DNA from: an uncultured Candidatus Saccharibacteria bacterium
Lineage (GTDB): Bacteria > Patescibacteriota > Minisyncoccia > Phycocordibacterales > Phycocordibacteraceae
Assembly (NCBI GenBank): GCA_964360855.1
Contig: CAYHXV010000003.1
Coordinates: forward strand, 1 to 62,808
Reading direction: 5' to 3'
Length of the DNA stretch: 62,808 nt
The first letter of the stretch is position 1. Each line of letters opens with the position of its first letter. Of the stretch, positions 1-8,126 are shown one piece after another. Both the position numbers and the translations under genes were made by a program. The notes below the pieces were generated by a model. The model worked only from the letters and a program-made list of their open reading frames with translations, did no database searches and was not told where the DNA came from.

Positions 1-84
1 ATTGGAAGCCTCAATTGAGCTTCTAAACCTTCGAATAGGCGGAACACAAGAGAACACTTACTTTCTAGACATTTCAGTAACGAA

Positions 85-137
85 GCGCGCACAGCGGATG
101 GCTTTCCCTCGGGAGAACCATCCGCTGTGCGCGTTTT
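85..137 (+). terminator. Long stem-loop followed by T-run (probable intrinsic terminator)
   Basis: CGCGCACAGCGGATGG (86-101) is the exact reverse complement of CCATCCGCTGTGCGCG (118-133); inner TTTCCC/GGGAGA extends the stem; followed by TTTT. Confidence 0.7.
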
Positions 138-211
138 GTCGTTTAGTTGCAGGCACGATATCCACAATAGAACCTATGATTAGTATATCTGGTATATGGT
201 ACTGTTAGTGT

Positions 212-901
212 ATGAAGTCAGTTGAACGAGAGCGTGCGCTGGAAATGCGTATCAAACACAAAATGGGATACGGGGCGATAGCAAAGGAACTAAGAGTGGC
301 AAAGAGTACGTTGTCACGCTGGCTTGAAGATCACCCTCTTTCAGACGATCGAATACTAGAATTACGAAGAGAGTCTTGGGGTCGGGGCGAGGCAAAACGA
401 GAGCAATTCCGTAAAACGATGCGGGCAAAGCGAGATGCGCGCGACGAGTTGGTCTATTTGAAGCAAAAGAAAAAGCTGTCCCGCATTTCTGAACAAGCCA
501 CCTATGTTGCTGGACTCATGCTCTATGCTGCAGAGGGAGACAAGAAGAGTCGAGCTGAAATTGCGTTCGCAAATACAGATGCGGAGATGGTGTACTTTTT
601 TGCTCAGTGGCTCACGCGATTCCTTCACATACCACAGACAAAATTAAGAGCGCAACTACATTTGTATGAGGACATGGACTTACTGAAGGAGGAGGAGTAT
701 TGGCGGAGAGCGCTCAGAATGGAAAAGAGTCAGCTTGTGAAAAGTCAGGTTCGCCCACTGCGACCCGGGAGTTTTACATATCGTGAGTCATTTAGGCATG
801 GAACGTGTAAATTGTATGTTGGCGGCGTCGCACAGAAAACTGAGCTCATGTTGTCTATTCGGGCTTTCTTTGATACATATAAGAAACACACGCAAGTGTA
901 G
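212..901 (+). CDS. N-terminal HTH plus LAGLIDADG-like domain protein (229 aa); stop codon overlaps tRNA-Ile
   Basis: HTH-like MGYGAIAKELRVAKSTLSRW; LAGLIDADG-like helix YVAGLMLYAAEG followed by IAFANTDAEMV; extended -10 TGgTACTGT ends 6 nt before the ATG. Confidence 0.65.
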   Translation: MKSVERERALEMRIKHKMGYGAIAKELRVAKSTLSRWLEDHPLSDDRILELRRESWGRGEAKREQFRKTMRAKRDARDELVYLKQKKKLSRISEQATYVAGLMLYAAEGDKKSRAEIAFANTDAEMVYFFAQWLTRFLHIPQTKLRAQLHLYEDMDLLKEEEYWRRALRMEKSQLVKSQVRPLRPGSFTYRESFRHGTCKLYVGGVAQKTELMLSIRAFFDTYKKHTQV

Positions 902-964
902 CTCAGTTGGTAGAGCATCCGCCTGATACGCGGACGGTCGAAGGTTCGAGTCCTTCCACTTGCA
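892..964 (+). tRNA. tRNA-Ile (anticodon GAU); CCA not encoded
   Basis: Acceptor stem GCAAGTG/CACTTGC; D-arm GCTC-AGTTGGTA-GAGC; anticodon arm TCCGC-CTGATAC-GCGGA; T-arm GAAGG-TTCGAGT-CCTTC; discriminator A964 followed by CAA. Confidence 0.96.
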
Positions 965-1028
965 CAACGTCGTCCTATACCCACCCCCGTACCCGGACGT
1001 ACACGGAAGCCAGGTATACTAGCTCTAT

Positions 1029-1568
1029 ATGCGAGATTTACTCATCATCCTTGGAATGTGTGTTGGTGCGGTGGTTATTGGCGCCTGGTTGTATCTGTAC
1101 GGCCCGGGTGAATTCATGTCAGCAACCCCTAAGGCAACTGAGGACGTGCGTGCGGAGGTTGCTCCACCTGCGGGAACGGAGGTTGCATTTTCAGTATTAG
1201 GACATGGGTCAAGGGCCACAGGCATGACGGAGCGCAAGAATTATGCGGTGTACAGCAAAGAGGAATACGCACGTATCTGGAAATTAACGGGCAGTACGGA
1301 AAAGATGCCCACCATTGATTTTGCCGAGGCATACGTAATTGCGGTCTTTGCCGGAACTCGAGCAACGGGTGGATATGCAATCTCTGTTGAAAAGGTAACA
1401 GACACCGAAGGCGCACGTTCGGTTGCGGTACTCATTGAGAAGCCAGGAGTGGGATGCATCACCACCCAGGCAATCACGAGTCCGTACCAAATAATTCGTG
1501 TCCCCTATGTCGATGCTTCGCTTAGTCATGTAGATACCGAACGAGATGTGCCATGTGAGAGCCGCTAG
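1029..1568 (+). CDS. Membrane-anchored protease complex subunit PrcB-family protein
   Basis: N-terminal TM helix; PrcB C-terminal-like motifs VIAVFAGTRATGGYAISV and PGVGCITTQAITSPYQIIRVP. Confidence 0.75.
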   Translation: MRDLLIILGMCVGAVVIGAWLYLYGPGEFMSATPKATEDVRAEVAPPAGTEVAFSVLGHGSRATGMTERKNYAVYSKEEYARIWKLTGSTEKMPTIDFAEAYVIAVFAGTRATGGYAISVEKVTDTEGARSVAVLIEKPGVGCITTQAITSPYQIIRVPYVDASLSHVDTERDVPCESR

Positions 1569-1612
1569 TACTCCCTATTTCATACGCTGAGCTTCTGCGC
1601 TACGATGGGCAG

Positions 1613-2926
1613 ATGAACGCTCGTGCTCACTTAGAGGGGAAAAAGATAACCGTGATGGGACTTGGCCTTCTTGGTCGAGGAGTGGGGGATGCACGCTACC
1701 TAGCTGAGCAGGGTGCTGAGCTCATTATTACCGACCTCAAGACCAAGGAGGAGCTTAGTAGTTCACTTCAGCAGCTTTCAGGGTTTCCTAATATTACCTA
1801 CGTACTTGGCGAGCACCGCTTGGAGGACTTTCAAAACCGCGATTTCATACTAAAAGCAGCAGGTGTACCGCTAGACTCCCCCTACATACAAGAAGCAGAG
1901 AAACACCATATCTCGATAAAAATGAGTGCGTCTTGGTTCATGGAGCTTTCGGGCATTCCGGTTATTGGGGTAACGGGTACTCGGGGGAAGTCCACCACGA
2001 CGCACATGATTCACTCAATACTAATGGCAGCAAGGGTGCCAGTATTACTTGGAGGGAACGTGCGGGGAGTTTCTACTCTCGCACTCCTCGACGAAGCCAC
2101 CCCACAACACCACGCACTCTTCGAACTTGATTCGTGGCAGTGTCAGGGATTTGGGAATGAGAAGATGAGTCCGCAGATTGCGGTCTTCACGACGTTCATG
2201 CCGGATCACATGAATTACTACAAAGATGATATGGAAGTATATTTGCGGGATAAGGCAAATATATTTCTGTACCAGAAGCCAGACGATACGCTAGTGCTGG
2301 GGAGTCAGTGTGCTGAAGTTGTACAGGATTCGTACAGCGAGCGCATGGTAGGGAAGACAGTAGTCGCTAGTGAGCACGATGTTCCCGATGATTGGCAGTT
2401 GAAAATACCCGGACAACATAACCGCTATGATGCCGGACTCGCTCTTGCAACAGCGCGTGTGCTTGGAATTCCGGACACGGTATCTCGAAGTGCACTTGAA
2501 ACATTTGCGGGAGTTCCTGGACGTCTTGAGTTAGTTCGCACGGTTAATGGGGTTGATTTTTATAACGACACCACCGCCACCACTCCGGATGCTACTCTTG
2601 CCGCGCTCCGGGCACTTCCCGCTGGCCGCACCATACTACTCATGGGAGGAGCTGATAAGGGACTCAATATGACGGAGCTAATTCGAGAGATTCCCACACT
2701 CACGAAACAAGTGCTGTTACTTCAGGGAACGGGCACGAGCCGAATTAGGACTGAGCTGCCTAGTGCTCCGGTGTATGAAACCATGCAGGCAGCACTTACT
2801 GCGGCAGTTGAAACGGCAGAAGACGGGGATACCGTACTCCTTTCACCCGCATTTGCCTCGTTTGGTATGTTCAAAAACGAATATGACCGTGGTGACCAAT
2901 TTACTGCTATAGTCGAAGCACTATGA
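1613..2926 (+). CDS. murD: UDP-N-acetylmuramoyl-L-alanine--D-glutamate ligase
   Basis: VMGLGLLG; GVTGTRGKSTTT; ELDSWQ; PDHMNYY; VPGRLE; NDTTAT; LLSPAFASFGMFKNEYDRG. Confidence 0.95.
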   Translation: MNARAHLEGKKITVMGLGLLGRGVGDARYLAEQGAELIITDLKTKEELSSSLQQLSGFPNITYVLGEHRLEDFQNRDFILKAAGVPLDSPYIQEAEKHHISIKMSASWFMELSGIPVIGVTGTRGKSTTTHMIHSILMAARVPVLLGGNVRGVSTLALLDEATPQHHALFELDSWQCQGFGNEKMSPQIAVFTTFMPDHMNYYKDDMEVYLRDKANIFLYQKPDDTLVLGSQCAEVVQDSYSERMVGKTVVASEHDVPDDWQLKIPGQHNRYDAGLALATARVLGIPDTVSRSALETFAGVPGRLELVRTVNGVDFYNDTTATTPDATLAALRALPAGRTILLMGGADKGLNMTELIREIPTLTKQVLLLQGTGTSRIRTELPSAPVYETMQAALTAAVETAEDGDTVLLSPAFASFGMFKNEYDRGDQFTAIVEAL

Positions 2927-4200
2927 AATCTGCCCCGAGAAAAGTCTTCATGAGTGGTATTGGCGGCATTGGCATGTCTGCGCTCGCGCAACTGATGAGT
3001 GAGCGGGGGGAAGTGGTCACGGGCTCTGATAGAGAAGCTAGCCCAACCACTGAACTCCTCGAATCAAAAGGTATAACGGTCTCCATCGGCCAGCGTGCTG
3101 AGAATGTTCCAGAGGACGCGAGCATTCTTGTGTACACCGTAGCAGTGCCTGAAGACAATCCCGAGCGCCTTCGTGCTCGAGAGCTTGGTATTCCCGAAGT
3201 ATCTTATTTTGAAATGCTTGGCAGCGTGTCTGAACAGAAGCGCACCATTGCGGTTGCGGGCACTCATGGAAAGACTACAACTACCGGAATGCTTGCAAAG
3301 ATTTTACGGGACGCGGGTGCGGCACCTTCTGCAGTTATCGGTTCAATTGTGCAAGATTTTGGCAGCAACTATCTTTCCGGAGATTCTGATCTGTTTGTTG
3401 TTGAAGCTTGTGAGTATCAGCGGCACTTCTTGAACCTCTCACCGGAAGTACTGGTGGTGACCAACATTGAATTTGATCACACTGACTACTATCAGGACTT
3501 GGCAGATGTGCAGGATGCGTTTCGAACGCTCATGAAAAAAGTTCCCGCGCACGGCTTCATTATTACCGATGTCGAGCGGCCAAGCATTAATCCTCTTTTA
3601 GAGGGCCTTCAAGCTACGGTTATTGACTATATGCAGGAGTCGGAGTTTCCGCTGCTCCTTCCGGGCGAATTCAATCAAATGAATGCACGGGCGGCTGCGG
3701 CTGCGGCGCGCGTCGTGCTCCCGAGTATCCCGCAAGGGACTATTGTTACCGCACTCGCGGACTTCCACGGCACGTGGCGCCGTTTTGAACACAAGGGTCA
3801 GACAAAAAAAGGCGCAGATGTCTATGACGACTACGCACATCACCCAACTGCCATACGAGAGACGCTGTGTGCGCTGCGCACAAAGACCTCAGGAAAGATC
3901 TATGTGGCATTCCATCCGCATTTGTATAGTCGTACCCGAGACTTACTCGATGGATTCTCCCGTGCATTTGTAGATGCAGACGAAGTATTGATTGCGCCAA
4001 TTTATGCAGCTCGTGAAATTGACGATGGCAGCGTTTCAAATGAACTTCTTGCAGAACGGGTGCAAGCAGAAGGGGTGCATGCCCGAGCACTATCGTTTGA
4101 ACAAATAGAACAAGTGCTAAGTACAGAGCCGAGTGAGGGGGATGTAATTATGACCATGGGAGCGGGGGATATTTATAAGGTTGCTGATGCGTTGGTGTAG
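2923..4200 (+). CDS. murC: UDP-N-acetylmuramate--L-alanine ligase
   Basis: GIGGIGMSALA; VAGTHGKTTTT; EACEY; NIEFDHTDYY; RRFE; DDYAHHPTAI; FHPHLYSRT; MGAGDI. Confidence 0.95.
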   Translation: MKSAPRKVFMSGIGGIGMSALAQLMSERGEVVTGSDREASPTTELLESKGITVSIGQRAENVPEDASILVYTVAVPEDNPERLRARELGIPEVSYFEMLGSVSEQKRTIAVAGTHGKTTTTGMLAKILRDAGAAPSAVIGSIVQDFGSNYLSGDSDLFVVEACEYQRHFLNLSPEVLVVTNIEFDHTDYYQDLADVQDAFRTLMKKVPAHGFIITDVERPSINPLLEGLQATVIDYMQESEFPLLLPGEFNQMNARAAAAAARVVLPSIPQGTIVTALADFHGTWRRFEHKGQTKKGADVYDDYAHHPTAIRETLCALRTKTSGKIYVAFHPHLYSRTRDLLDGFSRAFVDADEVLIAPIYAAREIDDGSVSNELLAERVQAEGVHARALSFEQIEQVLSTEPSEGDVIMTMGAGDIYKVADALV

Positions 4201-4231
4201 GTGTATCGTACTTTTGGGAAGGAGGTGCCCC

Positions 4232-4369
4232 ATGAAAAAGAGAAGCGTTTGGCGTCGAGTCTGCATTCGTTGGAAAGCCTTCTGGCGAACACTCGATCAG
4301 CGCGCTCTTGAGTACCACAAGCTCAAGAACGAGCACCCCGACTGGTTTATGGAAAACCAGCAGCTGTAG
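4232..4369 (+). CDS. Small protein, 45 aa (MKKRSVWRRVCIRWKAFWRTLDQRALEYHKLKNEHPDWFMENQQL)
   Basis: Strong SD AAGGAGGT (4219-4226) 5 nt before ATG 4232; candidate -10 TATCGT at 4204-4209; followed by a terminator hairpin. Confidence 0.65.
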   Translation: MKKRSVWRRVCIRWKAFWRTLDQRALEYHKLKNEHPDWFMENQQL

Positions 4370-4386
4370 TTCCTGTTGCATGGCAT

Positions 4387-4420
4387 GCGCCGACGGTTCC
4401 AACCGTCGGCGCGCTTTGTT
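4387..4420 (+). terminator. Intrinsic terminator after the sORF
   Basis: GCGCCGACGGTT-CC-AACCGTCGGCGC perfect inverted repeat followed by GCTTTGTT. Confidence 0.75.
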
Positions 4421-4450
4421 TCCCCTCGCTATAAATGCTAGGGTGCTTTC

Positions 4451-5131
4451 ATGGGAACCCTCTCCGTTGTAGCCACCCCAATAGGCAACTTAGCTGATAT
4501 CACGCTTAGGGCGCTCGATACGCTGAAGCAAGCTGATGTAATCGCGTGCGAGGATACTCGCGTCACCGCAAAGCTCCTAGCTCGATACGAAATACAAAAG
4601 CCGCTTCTTATTTTTCACGCGCAAAGTGGAAAACATGCGACGACCCGCATTCTCCAACTCCTCGCAGAAGGGAAGCGTGTTGCGCTCGTGACCGATGCCG
4701 GAACTCCAGGAGTGTCTGATCCAGGGAATGAACTCGTACGTAGTGTGCGCGATACGTTGAAAGACGACGTGATCATAGAAGGAATCCCTGGTCCTGCCGC
4801 CTTGACCTGCGCACTCTCCATTGCAGGTATGCCCACCCATGAGTTTACGTTCCTAGGGTTCCTGCCACACAAAAAGGGCAGACAGACGCTCTTTCGGGAG
4901 ATAGCAGAATCTACGCGAGCCATGGTGTTCTATGAGTCCCCACACCGCATAGAGAAGGCACTACAGAGTCTCACCGAGACTCTCCCGGAGACCAGGAAGG
5001 TCTCGGTGCTGCGGGAGCTCACCAAGATGCATGAGTCGGTGGTGGAGGGAACGGCAGTAGAGGTACAGGCTCACTTTGTAGAGCACCAAGACCAGGTACG
5101 GGGAGAATTCGTCGTGATAGTCGCGCCCTAG
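4451..5131 (+). CDS. rsmI: 16S rRNA (cytidine1402-2'-O)-methyltransferase
   Basis: LSVVATPIGNLADITLRAL; IACEDTRVT; VTDAGTPGVSDPG; FLGFLP; FYESPHR; RELTKMHE; RGEFVV. Confidence 0.95.
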   Translation: MGTLSVVATPIGNLADITLRALDTLKQADVIACEDTRVTAKLLARYEIQKPLLIFHAQSGKHATTRILQLLAEGKRVALVTDAGTPGVSDPGNELVRSVRDTLKDDVIIEGIPGPAALTCALSIAGMPTHEFTFLGFLPHKKGRQTLFREIAESTRAMVFYESPHRIEKALQSLTETLPETRKVSVLRELTKMHESVVEGTAVEVQAHFVEHQDQVRGEFVVIVAP

Positions 5132-5145
5132 TATACTGGGGAGGT

Positions 5146-5343
5146 ATGTCTCGTGAACCTATACTTATTTATCTCGGAGTGCTTGTTGCCGTTACTCCGT
5201 TCATAGGCCTTCCGCTATCCTGGCTCTCATTTCTCTTGCCAATATGCGGAGCCCTTATTGCATTCATTGGTATTACGCTTACTCGTCGCAAACGAATGAG
5301 CACACTCCCTGCACATGAAGTATCTTCTAATGATCTCTCGTAA
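5146..5343 (+). CDS. Small two-TM membrane protein
   Basis: Two hydrophobic segments followed by basic RRKR; -10 TATACT and GGAGG upstream. Confidence 0.7.
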   Translation: MSREPILIYLGVLVAVTPFIGLPLSWLSFLLPICGALIAFIGITLTRRKRMSTLPAHEVSSNDLS

Positions 5344-6385
5344 CACTGGCGTTCGAATAGCGTTCGTAGGCTTTGTGGTGGTGTTGTTTGTGGCATTTGT
5401 ATTGCCGTATGCGCGAGCAACCACCTATGACCGTGGGAGTAGTGCTTCGAGTACCGCGAAGCGTCTCATCCCAGAAATCCCGAAGGTACTCGATAAGGCA
5501 AAATACGATCGCCTGATTTTGAGTAATGCCAACTACGCAAGTACCACCGCTACTACGACGGTGCGTCTGTGGCCTGCAAAGGCCCCGTATCCAAAGTATG
5601 GAGCCATTCTTCCGGAGAAACGTATCATTGCATACTACGGTAACTACTACTCCACCAAGATGGGAATCCTGGGCGAGTTTGCTCCGGAGGTGGTTATGCA
5701 AAAGATGCGTGGAGAGATAGCGCGCTGGGAAGTAGCAGATCCAAATACTAAAGTCATGCCGGCGATTGAATACATTGCGGTGGTGGCACAGGATAATCCC
5801 GGCAAGAGTGGGTTGTATCGAGCACGCATGCCAGACGAACATATAGACAAAGCCATTGATATGGCTCGGCAAATGAATGGCATTGTGATTCTCGATATTC
5901 AGGTGGGACTTAGCACCGTGCAGTCTGAAATTCCTGCACTGGAGAAATATTTGAAAATGCCTCAGGTGCACCTAGCACTTGACCCTGAGTTTTCTATGAA
6001 GGGAGGAGAGAAACCGGGAACGGTTATTGGTTCCCTGAATGCCAACGATATCAACTATGCTGCCACCTACTTGGCTGGGTTGGTGAAAGCAAACAACCTT
6101 CCGCCCAAAGTCCTCATTGTGCACCGCTTCACCCAGCGCATGGTGCAAAACGCCGCAAGTATTGCGCCCCTACCTGAAGTACAGATAGTTATGGTGATGG
6201 ACGGATGGGGAAGTCCTGCGCGCAAAATTGGTACCTACAAGAGTTTCATTTTCCCTGAGCCGGTGCAGTTCACCGGGTTCAAGCTCTTCTATAAGAATGA
6301 TCTAAAGCCACCCTCTGAGCGCCTGCTCACCCCAGGAGAACTTCTTAAACTCACGCCGCAACCGGTATTTGTGCAGTATCAGTAG
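5315..6385 (+). CDS. Exported/membrane-anchored conserved hypothetical protein (possible TIM-barrel)
   Basis: N-terminal TM; Ser/Thr linker (SASST, YASTTATTT); globular domain with alternating beta-alpha segments (IIAYYG, VILDIQ, HLALDPEF, LIVHRF, VMVMDGWG, GFKLFY). Confidence 0.7.
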   Translation: MKYLLMISRNTGVRIAFVGFVVVLFVAFVLPYARATTYDRGSSASSTAKRLIPEIPKVLDKAKYDRLILSNANYASTTATTTVRLWPAKAPYPKYGAILPEKRIIAYYGNYYSTKMGILGEFAPEVVMQKMRGEIARWEVADPNTKVMPAIEYIAVVAQDNPGKSGLYRARMPDEHIDKAIDMARQMNGIVILDIQVGLSTVQSEIPALEKYLKMPQVHLALDPEFSMKGGEKPGTVIGSLNANDINYAATYLAGLVKANNLPPKVLIVHRFTQRMVQNAASIAPLPEVQIVMVMDGWGSPARKIGTYKSFIFPEPVQFTGFKLFYKNDLKPPSERLLTPGELLKLTPQPVFVQYQ

Positions 6386-6410
6386 ATACTTCGGGCTATA
6401 ATTAATTGCA

Positions 6411-8126
6411 ATGGACAACCCCGAGCGCGTCACCTATTTCGCTGCCACCGACAACCGCGGAAAACGTACTCCCTTTGGTATTAAATCAAATGACCGTGGG
6501 CGGCACATGTATGTTATTGGGAAGACGGGTATGGGCAAGTCAACGCTTCTTGAGAACATGGCCATTCAGGATATCCAGAATGGCGAAGGTATGGCCTTTA
6601 TAGATCCGCACGGAAGTGCGGTGGAGAAGCTTCTTGATTTCATACCCGAGCACCGTATTAAGGACGTGGTGTATTTTGCTCCCTTTGATCTCGAGCACCC
6701 GATGGCGTTCAACATTATGGAAGACGTGGGATACGACAAACGTCACCTGGTGACGAGCGGTCTCATGGCAACCTTTAAGAAGATTTGGGAGGACGCCTGG
6801 AGTGCGCGTATGGAATATATCCTCACCAATACCCTCCTGGCACTTCTTGAATATCCAGACGCCACTCTGCTTGGGGTTAACCGCATGTATACGGACAAGG
6901 CATATAGAGCCAAGGTGGTGGACAACGTAAAGGATCCGGTGGTGAAAGATTTCTGGACCAAGGAATTTGCCGGATACACGGATCGTTTTACTCAGGAAGC
7001 CACCCCGGCAATTCAAAATAAGATTGGACAGTTTACCAGCAACCCGCTCATCCGAAACATCATTGGGCAGCCCAAGTCGTCTTTTGATATTCGTGAGCTC
7101 ATGGATAATCGAAAGATTCTTCTCATAAATCTTTCGAAAGGGTTGGTGGGGGACGTGAACATGCGCCTCTTAGGATCGATGCTCACCACCCGTATATTCC
7201 TTGGTGCGATGAGTCGGGCAAACCTGGCTCCTGACGAGCTAAAGAAAACACCCAAGTTCTATCTCTATGTGGACGAGTTTCAGAACTTTGCGAACGATAC
7301 CTTTGCAGAGATTCTCTCTGAAGCCCGCAAGTACAATTTGAATCTCATTATTGCGCACCAGTATGTGGAGCAAATGGAAGAAGAGGTACGTGCGGCAGTG
7401 TTTGGAAACGTGGGCACCACCGTTGCGTTCCGTGTGGGGCCCTTTGATGCAGAATTACTTGAGACTGTCTTCAGTCCTGAATTTCTTAAGGAGGATTTGG
7501 TGAATCTTGGATTTGCGCAAGTGTACATGTCTCTCATGATTGACGGTATTGGTTCTCGCCCTTTTTCGGCGATTACCATTCCCCCCATTGAACAACCGGC
7601 GCGTTCCTTCAAGAAGGAAGTTATCGATGCGTCACGAAGTCAGTTTGGTACTGCCCGGGCAGGGGTTGAAGAGCTCATCTATAGCGAGCTCATGCCGCCG
7701 ACGCCTCCAGTGAGCGCTCCCAAAAAAGAGACCATCTCTGCCGCACAGGCATATGCAACTCGTCCTCGTACACCAAGTACCGATACTGAGGAGCGCCCAC
7801 GCCGTACGAATCCTGAGACTCCAAGACGAGACGCTTCGCGGCGCGATACTCCTCCTCGCGATCGCTCGAACGAAGAGCGTCGACCCGCTCCCCCTAAGGA
7901 GAAATCCGCAGACGATCTGAAAGCCATACTTCGCTCAACGATTGCGAAAGCAGAGGGAGAAAAAAGCGCGCGTATTGAAAAGAAAGAAACCGGACTTAAG
8001 GATGCTCTCAAGGAGGCAGCTGGGCACATGCCACCAAAGCCAGAGCCGCCCCAGGAAAGTGAACCGCGTCAGACTCCTTTTGAAGTGCCGGAGAGCACGT
8101 TGCGTTCACTCTTCAAGGATGTCTAG
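6411..8126 (+). CDS. VirD4/TraG/HerA-FtsK-family ATPase (CPR T4SS-coupling-like protein) with disordered C-tail
   Basis: Walker A GKTGMGKS; FIDPHG; Walker B LYVDEFQNF; EARKYNLNLIIAHQY; ~150-aa Pro/Arg/Glu-rich tail; TATAAT 8 nt before the ATG. Confidence 0.85.
   Translation: MDNPERVTYFAATDNRGKRTPFGIKSNDRGRHMYVIGKTGMGKSTLLENMAIQDIQNGEGMAFIDPHGSAVEKLLDFIPEHRIKDVVYFAPFDLEHPMAFNIMEDVGYDKRHLVTSGLMATFKKIWEDAWSARMEYILTNTLLALLEYPDATLLGVNRMYTDKAYRAKVVDNVKDPVVKDFWTKEFAGYTDRFTQEATPAIQNKIGQFTSNPLIRNIIGQPKSSFDIRELMDNRKILLINLSKGLVGDVNMRLLGSMLTTRIFLGAMSRANLAPDELKKTPKFYLYVDEFQNFANDTFAEILSEARKYNLNLIIAHQYVEQMEEEVRAAVFGNVGTTVAFRVGPFDAELLETVFSPEFLKEDLVNLGFAQVYMSLMIDGIGSRPFSAITIPPIEQPARSFKKEVIDASRSQFGTARAGVEELIYSELMPPTPPVSAPKKETISAAQAYATRPRTPSTDTEERPRRTNPETPRRDASRRDTPPRDRSNEERRPAPPKEKSADDLKAILRSTIAKAEGEKSARIEKKETGLKDALKEAAGHMPPKPEPPQESEPRQTPFEVPESTLRSLFKDV

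Noticed and set aside
1-84. ORF 2-208 or a structured RNA at the window start
   Set aside because: The ORF crosses a terminator hairpin with no recognisable motifs; a short hairpin (4-25) is present but I could not match it to tmRNA, RNase P or rRNA
892-964. Prophage or ICE attachment site at tRNA-Ile
   Set aside because: I saw no integrase and no duplicated tRNA 3' end in the window
7942-8118. N-terminal extension of the LTD-PKD ORF; likewise the extended starts at 15570, 46208 and 55619
   Set aside because: They overlap upstream genes, a terminator or the -10 element; downstream ATGs fit signal peptides or family starts
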